From Octopus vulgaris (lineage: Eukaryota), in NCBI GenBank assembly GCA_951406725.2, contig OX597820.1, forward strand, positions 91,946,001-92,010,000: DNA of 64,000 nt. The letters are read 5' to 3'. Below, in pieces: positions 55,414-64,000 of this stretch. Position 1 is the first letter of the stretch. Every line of letters begins with the position of its first letter. The position numbers and the translations under genes are program-made. The notes under the pieces were generated by a model. The model was not told where the DNA came from, made no database searches, and saw only the letters and a list, made by a program, of their open reading frames with translations.

Positions 55414-55827
55414 AGGAGGGACAGACGCAACAAAGAGAGAGAAGAGAGAGAAAGAAGGAATCAGAGAGGAGAAGGGATGCGTGTCGAAGATTGACCTGTG
55501 AGTGCAGAGCGAGACAAAGAATTAGGAGGGTAGTGGAAGATTAGACCAAAGAATCAGAGGAAAGAGAAGAGAAAAAGAGGATGAGTAGAGAGAGAAGGGG
55601 ACAGATCAAGTAAAAGTGAGAGAGAGAGAGAGACAAACAAAGAGTCGTACCAGTTATTAAGAATATGTGCTCACATTAATGTTAAGAGGGTACGTGGCGC
55701 CTGGAATATATGTTAAGGTATGTAGAAAAATACAACATGGACAAGAACGTATAACTCTTAGAAGACGATACAATAAACACGGACAGGACATTCGAAACCC
55801 TCAGTCTTCAGTCAAGAACCGGATCAT
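54814..55827 (-). mobile_element. Non-coding element: 899-bp unit with identical 115-bp direct repeats (pLTR/retrozyme-like)
   Basis: 54814-54928 is identical to 55713-55827; (TA)n on both flanks; internal GA-rich tract; no credible ORF. Confidence 0.8.
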
Positions 55828-55953
55828 ACCTATATATATATATATGCACAGTCTTGCACACACCCACACACGCACACGCACACACACATACGTGTAAGAT
55901 AAACTTACTTGGAGATGGATTCCTGGCGGGCGTTCCATTAAATGATAAATAGT

Positions 55954-56019
<66 letters not shown>

Positions 56020-56060
56020 AAAGTGGGGTTGTAGGGTACCGCACGAGTGGAATAATATAC

Positions 56061-56812
56061 GAAAGAAGGTTTGAAAATGCAATTTTAAAATATTTTTATT
56101 TACTTTACCGGTTTCACTCTTTGGAAAAAGATTGTCAAAAGTAACATGTAAAAGTTTGGTTATGTTAATTATTGGTTGTTACAATATGCTACATTACATT
56201 TATACAGTCTCTGGTAACAAGAACATGTTAAGGACATAAAAAAGTTTAACAAGTCCCTTAAAATATTGGGCACAAAAGATTGTAACATAAATATACATTC
56301 TCAAGAAACTGTTAAAGATAGTTTCCAGAAGGAATTATTAAAAAGTTCAGTGGGATATTGGTATTGTATCTGTATATTCAAATACGCACAGAATATTGGT
56401 TGTCACAGAGTACTACAATACATATATATACATTCTTTGGTGACAAGAGCATGTTAAGAACATAAAAAAAGTTTAACAAGTTCATTGAAATATTGGGCAC
56501 AGATACAATACCAATATCCCACTGAACTTTTTAATAATTCCTTCTGAAAACTATCTATAACATTTTCTTGATAATGTATATTTATGTTATAATCTTTTGT
56601 GCCCAATATTTTAAGGGACTTGTTAAACTTTCTTATGTCCTTAATATGTTCTTGTTACCAGAGACTGTATAAATGTAATTTAGCATATTGTAACAACCAA
56701 TAATTAACACAACCAAACTTTTACATGTTACTTTTGACAATCTTTTTCCAAAGAGTGAAACCGGTAAAAGTAAATAAACATCTTTTAAAATTGCATTTTC
56801 AAACCTTCTTTC
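56061..56812. repeat. Fold-back element: about 313-bp arms (56061-56373 / 56499-56812), 125-bp spacer
   Basis: Arms are reverse complements with scattered mismatches. HHR-like TTACTT-TTGACAA-TCTTT(ttcc)AAAGA-gt-GAAAC-CG-GTA-AAGTAA at 56100-56144 (-) and 56728-56773 (+). Confidence 0.92.
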
Positions 56813-56816
56813 TATA

Positions 56817-56902
<86 letters not shown>

Positions 56903-56946
56903 TTTGTATGTATGTATATATATATATATACACACATCTTTGTATG

Positions 56947-57040
<94 letters not shown>

Positions 57041-57057
57041 TATGTATACATATATAT

Positions 57058-57088
<31 letters not shown>

Positions 57089-57089
57089 C

Positions 57090-57845
57090 ATGCATATATG
57101 GGTACAGGACATCATGCTCGAGAACAGGACAAGTAAGGAAAGAGAAAAAACCTTTCATCAGTTGTATGCTATCTACTCCTCCTTTCGGGCATCCGGTGAC
57201 CATATGAGTCTTCAAAGACATTTGCTCCCATAAATTCTAAAATAAAATTTAAGATTTATGGAGGGTCAAAGCTAGGAACGAAAACATGACAGTGGAGACA
57301 AACAAGGAATCCGAACGAAAACTAACATGGAGGGACGTTAAATCAAAACGAGAGAAAAATAGTGAACGTTGTGAGAAATATTTTTTTAACAGGGGAAGGA
57401 TATAAAAGAGAGAGAAAAATGTCCGCTCTTCTGAACATCTGTGCAGGAAAAGAAAGAGGGTGAAATGAGTAAAAGAAAGATGGACATTGGTCTCGTGTGA
57501 GCAACAAGAGTGAGAAAAAGAGAAAGGGGGAAGAGACAGGCGGACAGATAGAAAACGTTGAAGCAGGGAGGCAGAGAAAAAGAGAATTAGAGAAGAATGG
57601 AGAAAGAAAATAGTAGAGAGAAGAGGGTCACGTCAAAAATGTGATTATAAACTTACTTGGAAATGGAGTCTTTCAAGACTCATATTGTTCTTGAAAGCCC
57701 AAAATGAGTAGTAGATATGTAGGGTCCCTGATGAAGGGTACTTTCTCTGGATTTACTTGTCCAGTTCTCCATTGTTTTCTCGTTGCTTACGTATTTCACG
57801 TTGTTTGAACCGTTGGTGACTCCTGTACCTACATATGCATGTGCA
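57090..57845. mobile_element. Element with diverged inverted ends (57090-57215 / 57670-57845) and GA-rich interior
   Basis: CTGATGAA.GG...TTACTTGTCC.GTTCTC...TCCTGTACC...ATATGCATGT occurs in opposite orientation at the two ends. Confidence 0.6.
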
Positions 57846-58441
57846 CGCCAATATATACAGATCCAACTTTGGGATTCTTCCAGGAATGACATTTGTATGA
57901 AAGAACAGGTGCAGAGTCTAAAAGTTCACAACAGCTGTTTCAGCATGTTTTATTAATGAATACTTTGATTAATTCGCTTACATCATCCAAAAATATCTGC
58001 CCATATCAGGTAATTTTAAACAAATAATCATATAGACAAGTCGAGGCTTATAATTGATGAGCTTGCTAAATGGTTATCATAATTATTTATGGGTCCAGTG
58101 GTGGCCAGAGAAGATATTCTAAAATAACTTAGGAAAAAAAATAAAGGTGAACTGAGAAAATTTATCTTCCCAAACATATCCTAGTACGTATGTGCATATT
58201 TTGAGAGGATGTATGAATGTGTATGTATGCGTGTATGTATGTGTGTGTGTATTGGCTTATATGAGTAGAACTTTGAACGACGAATGCATGTATTGTGGAA
58301 ATACATACGTCTGTATATAAATATATATGTATATACGTATAAGCTAAATCCATATGTATATGTGTGTGTTTGTGGATACGTGTAGGAATTTGTGTATATG
58401 CATGCGTGGATTAATATTGATGCACATATGTATGTATATAT

Positions 58442-58641
58442 ATTGTTGTATTTCGGAATGGTCATTTTGCCAGTTTAGCCAATAAAAACACATGCACTAT
58501 ATATTTGGTGTTACTTTGCTTCAGTGTTATTTATTTTTTACATTAATCTTAAGCTTATTTCGGCCAGAGTTCTTTCGTCACACTCCTGCGTGTGTTTTTG
58601 TTGGCTAAACTAGCAAAATGACCATTCCGAAATACAACAAT
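58442..58641. repeat. Fold-back element: 55-bp arms, 90-bp spacer
   Basis: 58442-58496 and 58587-58641 are reverse complements with 3 mismatches. Confidence 0.92.
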
Positions 58642-58698
58642 GTCTGTTTCAACACAATGACTTCACATATAAAATCTTGCACAACAAATATATAAACG

Positions 58699-58752
<54 letters not shown>

Positions 58753-59324
58753 GTATGTAGTATGTAAATGTATATATGTATACGTATATGTGTGTGTTTT
58801 TATAAGAATATGTATGTATAAGTATGAATGTATGTGTACATGTAACCATACATATCTGTAAGGATGTCTGTAGGTGCATTTTAGATTGTTTTGTGTATAT
58901 GTCTGGGTATATATTAATGCGTTGATAAACTGGTTCGCGCGTATAAGTGTGGTAATGTCCGCACTGATTGTAGTAACGCATCTAATTGGATCCAGGATAT
59001 ACAATGACGGTAAAAAACTTTAGTTATCTACGGTACGTTTGTGTAGATAATTCTTCTCAGTTCCTCTTTCTTCTTTTTCCTTTCCATCTCTAATTATAAG
59101 GTGTTTACTATGGTCCCCACTGAACCCATAAATAATTATCATAACGTTCTCTGAAATTTCATAGTTTCTAATCGCTGCCATTAGTGTTATTGACATGCCC
59201 TTAAATTGAACTGCTATATTAGGATATTCACTTGCCTTGCTAAACACTTAGCGAGCTGGTCAATTACAATTCTCTATATAATTATATGACTAGTTGTTTA
59301 AAAATTCCCCTGATGGGAGTAGAT

Positions 59325-59957
59325 TTTTTGCATGAACCGGTCAGTCAAGCGGCGTCCCGTTTGCCTGATGTATAGAAAAGGGCAGAGAGAGAGCACGAGA
59401 TGCAGGAGATGACATTGGTAGAAGTGCAGGTGAAGGAGTCGGTGATATGATAAGGTCGATGATGGGTGCCGGTGAAGAGGGTTGTGTTGGAGAGGTAAGG
59501 GCAAGTGCGGCAGCGTGGGCGGGAGCAGGGGAACAAGCCGGGTTGGGAGATTGGGTTAGCGAAGAAGCTGTGGACCAAGAGGGCTCGCAGGTTGTGGGCT
59601 CATTTGAAGGAGGGGAGGGGTCGATTAGGGAAGATGTGCGAAGTGTAGGGGCCAGATTGGAGTCGCCGGAAAGATCGGAGAATGGTGCGATGGAGAGGTA
59701 GGGTTGTGGGAGTGGTAGGGGAGAGGAAACGGGAGACGGGGGAAGGCGTAGCGGGTGAAGATGGAGAGCAGATGCACGGTCCACGGAACGTGCTCTGGCA
59801 ATAGCGATGTGGATAGTGGTGAGGGGATATCCACGTAGGATAAAGTGGCGAGTCATGAGTTGAGACTGAGTCACAAAGTCATGGTGGTCACTGCAGAGCC
59901 TGCGTAGATGGAAGAATTGAGAATAGGGGATGTAAAGCTTGGTGTGATGAGGATTGT
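59325..59957 (-). pseudogene. Penelope-like element (Neptune-type) ORF remnant: RT thumb, Cys linker, GIY-YIG endonuclease
   Basis: PHHTKLYIPYSQFFHLRRLCSD...FILRGYP; PCSRPRCRTCPY...FTCTSTNVISCISC; FLYIRQTGRRLTDRF (decayed YIGxT.R), spread over three frames. Confidence 0.92.
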
Positions 59958-60177
59958 TCTGCATTTAAATTGATGTAATGATTTCAGTGTTCAATTAAGC
60001 CGAGTTGCTTGAAACGATCGTACTGCATTACCTCTCGATATATTGGTTACTTATTTTGATTTTAATCATCTTGTTTTGACATTTTATGGATAATACCTTA
60101 TTAAATTCTGGTGCCTCAACTTAAGAACCTAATTCATCTGAATTTCTTTCTCTCTCTCCCACTCACTCACTCTCTCA

Positions 60178-60208
<31 letters not shown>

Positions 60209-60260
60209 TGGATACAAGACATGTCTCGACCCGTGTGTATATACATGTATATATATACAT

Positions 60261-60310
<50 letters not shown>

Positions 60311-60421
60311 GATTAGATGTTGTGTTAACCTCATGAAGGGATGGTTTCATCCCACAACATATTGGTTCAATACTTTGTATTTTCGGGGAATTATTTATTT
60401 AGGCATTCATTATACACACAG

Positions 60422-60472
<51 letters not shown>

Positions 60473-61464
60473 CACAGACATGCCCCCCCACACACACACA
60501 GGCATACATACACACGCATGCACATGTGTTGTGTGAAGCCAATGTAATCTACGTGAAAGTGTTCTACTCTTTCTAGTAAAATATTAGTTTGCCTATGTTT
60601 TCCAATAAATTTTGCTGAGTTTCTTTGTTTTCCGTTTTTTCTGAATTTTCAAATTGTAATGGTGATTTATGAACAACCTATATAATCATCACTACTAGTT
60701 ATATAATTTAGAGACTAATACATATGAGGTTTCTTAAATTAGATAGTTATAAGCTATACTTAAGAAACAAGATAAGAAAAATTCATAAACCTTAAGTAAT
60801 AACGTATAAAACGAAATAATTACAAAGAAATAATTATCGATAGATTAACTTATATAAACCTATATAAATAATTAAATACTAATTTCCGATACTGTCAAAC
60901 AAACTTAGAAAATAGTGTTTAACTTCCTTTGGAATATACTAACCAAAATGGACCACAAAATACAAGCGTATTAAGCTTGAATAGAATGTACAGCACCAAA
61001 TAAACAGGAAATAATAATAAATACTAAATTAATTTTTATAGATTATATACTAACGTAAAAAGCAAGAAACTCGTTATGGCAAATGCATAAAACAATTATA
61101 TATCTTACTACCGAAGAACAATACACCACATGTTTGACAGCTTTCTTACTCCCCCGACATGGCACCTTAGATCTTCTCCAGAATGAAAACCAGGATAAAA
61201 AAGATGCAACTTGTGTCACGGGAGGAAATTATACGAAAAGCAATGGCTTATCTCCATATCATTCCAAAAAGGCTTTCCAGAGGTTTTACCAGCAGTGGCA
61301 GAACCGTTAGGGGTGTGTGAATTCCCAAGGAAAGGAAGATTATTTTAAAATGCGATTGAATATAATTTGTCGCATGTAGAAAATTGTTTTTTTTATACAT
61401 TTTGAACGCACATCGTGCGTGTGTGTGTGTGTGTGCGTGCGTGCGCGCGCGTGTGTGTGTGTTC

Positions 61465-61840
61465 TTTTATTATTTTACCTGTTTCAGACTGCAGCCATGC
61501 TGGAGCATCAACTTTAGTCGAGCAAATCGACCCCAGTACTTATTCTTTGTAAGCCTAGTGATCATTCTATCGGTCACTTATTCCGAACCGCAAAGTTACG
61601 GGAACATAAACACATAAAATCAGTTGTTAAGCGATGGCGTGGGGATAAACATACACACACACACACACACACATATACGACAAGCTTCTTTCAGTTTCCG
61701 TCAACCAAATCTACACACAAGGCATTGGTCGGCCTGAGACTATAGTAGGAGACACTTGCGCAAGGTGCGACGCAGTGGGACTGAACCCAGAACCACGTAG
61801 TTTGTAAGCATGCTACTTACTACACAGCCACTTCTGCACC
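61465..61840 (-). mobile_element. SINE family C, near full length
   Basis: GCAGCCATGCTGGAGCA...CGCAGTGGGACTGAACCCAGAACCAC...TACTACACAGCCAC (tRNA-like head). Confidence 0.9.
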
Positions 61841-61854
61841 TATATATATATATT

Positions 61855-62059
61855 CAAAATGTGACCTCGTGTGTACCGTTGGCGATTCTTTTCCTCTGTC
61901 TTCCCTTCTCTGGATCTTTCCTTCTCCTATGTTTCCGACGAAGAGCTCCGCTCGAAACGTTAAGCCCTCCTTCTTTCCATCTTTCCAGAGCGTCCAATAA
62001 TACTATATTTGTTCCACGTCATCACGTTGTGGTGTTTTTTTGTGTTTTCTTGTTTGGAT

Positions 62060-62064
<5 letters not shown>
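61855..62064 (+). mobile_element. (TA)n-flanked PLE-like terminal element with minimal HHR-like motif (61931-61965)
   Basis: GTTT-CCGACGA-A-GAGC(tcc)GCTC-GAAAC-GTT-AAGC; palindromic AACGTT stem III; U4 is changed to C. Confidence 0.65.
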
Positions 62065-62097
<33 letters not shown>

Positions 62098-62247
62098 GTG
62101 AAATAGAAAGATGAATAATCTTGTAGTAGATTAATCAAAAGTTTAACCGATACCTTAGTAGCAAAAATCACAGCAGTAAAACAGCACGGTTGGAGGTACA
62201 ACCATATGGTGTTGCAACCGTGCGTTGGTGCGGATAATTGAAATTAG

Positions 62248-62794
62248 AACATTATTGGTGAATTGAAGAAATGGAGCTGAACGCAGATTGAACAGAAATC
62301 GTTTTATTTCATTCTACACGTGTTTCGAAAGGCACAAATTACCAAAATCCGATGGAATAATGGGACCATATTGTGTCTTTCTCTTCAGGAAGAAAATAGG
62401 AAATCCGTTGGAAAAACAAAAACAGAACAGAGGCGGAGCAAAAACAAATCGAACTATGCTCCTAAGAGCCCATGGCGAAACTGTTTATCAGTGTATGTTG
62501 AGAACCGATGCCTGACCCGTTGAATTCTTCAGCCACCGGTTCTCAACATACACTGATAAACAGTTTCGCCATGGGCTCTTAGGAGCATAGTTCGATTTGT
62601 TTTTGCTCCGCCTCTGTTCTGTTTTTGTTTTTCCAACGGATTTCCTATTTTCTTCCTGAAGAGAAAGACACAATATGGTCCCATTATTCCATCGGATTTT
62701 GGTAATTTGTGCCTTTCGAAACACGTGTAGAATGAAATAAAACGATTTCTGTTCAATCTGCGTTCAGCTCCATTTCTTCAATTCACCAATAATG

Positions 62795-62796
<2 letters not shown>
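62248..62796. repeat. Fold-back element: about 268-bp arms, 13-nt loop, ending in (TA)n
   Basis: 62248-62515 and 62529-62796 are identical except near the loop; this explains the mirrored ORFs in the track. Confidence 0.97.
62649..62737 (+). ncRNA. Type I hammerhead ribozyme with canonical core (mirror copy at 62307-62395 on -)
   Basis: TTTC-TTC-CTGAAGA-GAAAGaCACAA(...)TTGTGcCTTTC-GAAAC-ACGT-GTA-GAA-t-GAAA: all core nucleotides, long stem II, palindromic ACACGTGT stem III, GUA site. Confidence 0.85.
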
Positions 62797-62857
<61 letters not shown>

Positions 62858-63471
62858 GTGTGTATATATATATATATATATTGTTGACAACCGAATATGT
62901 ACAATCTACTGCAGAATATGCAGTTCAGCTGGAAGAAGATTAAGAAGACGTTAAAAGTCTTCGTACGGTGGCCCTGTTTCCTTCTGTCAGCTAGCACAGC
63001 TGTGCATTATGCAGTAAAATGTGCAAATCTTTGGCGGGCTCAGGAGACATAAGAGCCTCACACTGCATTATCAATGACTCATTTCAATGATTTTTGTTGC
63101 AATGGCTTTATACACACACACACATATATATATAAGTAGTATTAAATCTGAGTGAGATTTAAACAGTAGCAGCACGGAATCTTGAAGTATATTTGCCACC
63201 TAAATATTGTGGTCCCAGGAGGACAACTGCACCAGCTGGCTAATGACACACTGTCTGTGTCTGAACAGTATTTGCGAAGGGAAATCATCTTTCCCATCTC
63301 TATCCTAGCGTAACCCATCATCAGTCTGTGATAATCACCAACTAGCGATGAGAACTCATTACTAACGCAAAATACTATTTGCTTTTCCCAGTAACAAACT
63401 GTCGCTCACCTCGAAAACTGAGAAATAAGCAATATTAAATCTCTTCGCGAGAAGTTATCAGTAGCGGTCCA

Positions 63472-63582
63472 CTTTACTTGTGTCAGTCATTTGATTGCGA
63501 CCATGCTGGAGCACCGCCTTTAGTCGAGCGAATCGACCCCAGGAATTATTCTTTGTAAGCCTAGTACTTAATCTATCGGTCT
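63472..63582 (-). mobile_element. SINE family C 3' tail, truncated at (TA)n
   Basis: GACCATGCTGGAGCACCGCCTTTAGTCGAGCGAATCGACCCCAGG. Confidence 0.85.
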
Positions 63583-64000
63583 ATATATATATATATATAT
63601 ATATATATGGAAAAAAGTTAATTAGGTATTATATTATTTGATATTTAGTCAACTTTGTTATAGATTGTTATATCAAATATATAGATACTACACATGTATA
63701 TTTATTATATGGTTAGCTTATTTAAGGTGTTTGTCTATATTTGAACCAATTCTTATTTTGATTACAATTTAATGACTTGTACTAGATTTGTGTATTTTAT
63801 TTAATTTTAAAGTATTTAATAATTTAAGTATTGTTTTTGTTTTCACTTAAGTATATTTAGTATTTTCATATATATATATTAAATTATATTTATTAATTAA
63901 TTATTTTATTGTTCTAGTTTATTTTTAGCCTGATGAGTTGCTATATTTATATCGAAGTGATTTCTCTACTACTATAATCATTTCTTAAATATAGCCACGA

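Noticed and set aside
62288-62756. Mirrored 67-78 aa ORFs on both strands
   Set aside because: Consequence of the palindrome; no recognisable protein motif.
63930-63960. CTGATGA hammerhead box
   Set aside because: No stem II partner or GAAAC...NUH downstream; truncated or chance. Other isolated CTGANGA hits (41655, 41851, 52238) were rejected for the same reason.

Overview
AT-rich, microsatellite-saturated eukaryotic non-coding DNA. The tRNA-derived SINE set and the (TA)n/(CA)n/(AAT)n density look like an octopus (coleoid cephalopod) genome, which is an inference. No intact protein-coding gene is supported, and nearly all listed ORFs are microsatellite artefacts. The window holds at least four SINE families, decayed LINE fragments (Hero, Dong/R4-like, CR1-like, RTE-like), a complete 395-bp non-autonomous Helitron, and two Penelope-like element (PLE) coding remnants (Neptune-type RT thumb plus GIY-YIG; Naiad-type RT). 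The most striking signal is about ten short, (TA)n-anchored fold-back elements from several unrelated families. Many carry minimal type I hammerhead ribozyme (HHR) motifs on both strands, with palindromic stem III loops. One family has a compensatory U3-A8 core (UUGANAA instead of CUGANGA). There is also an 899-bp unit with identical 115-bp direct repeats (retrozyme/pLTR-like) and a candidate permuted (type II-like) HHR arrangement. All coordinates and pairings were read by eye.
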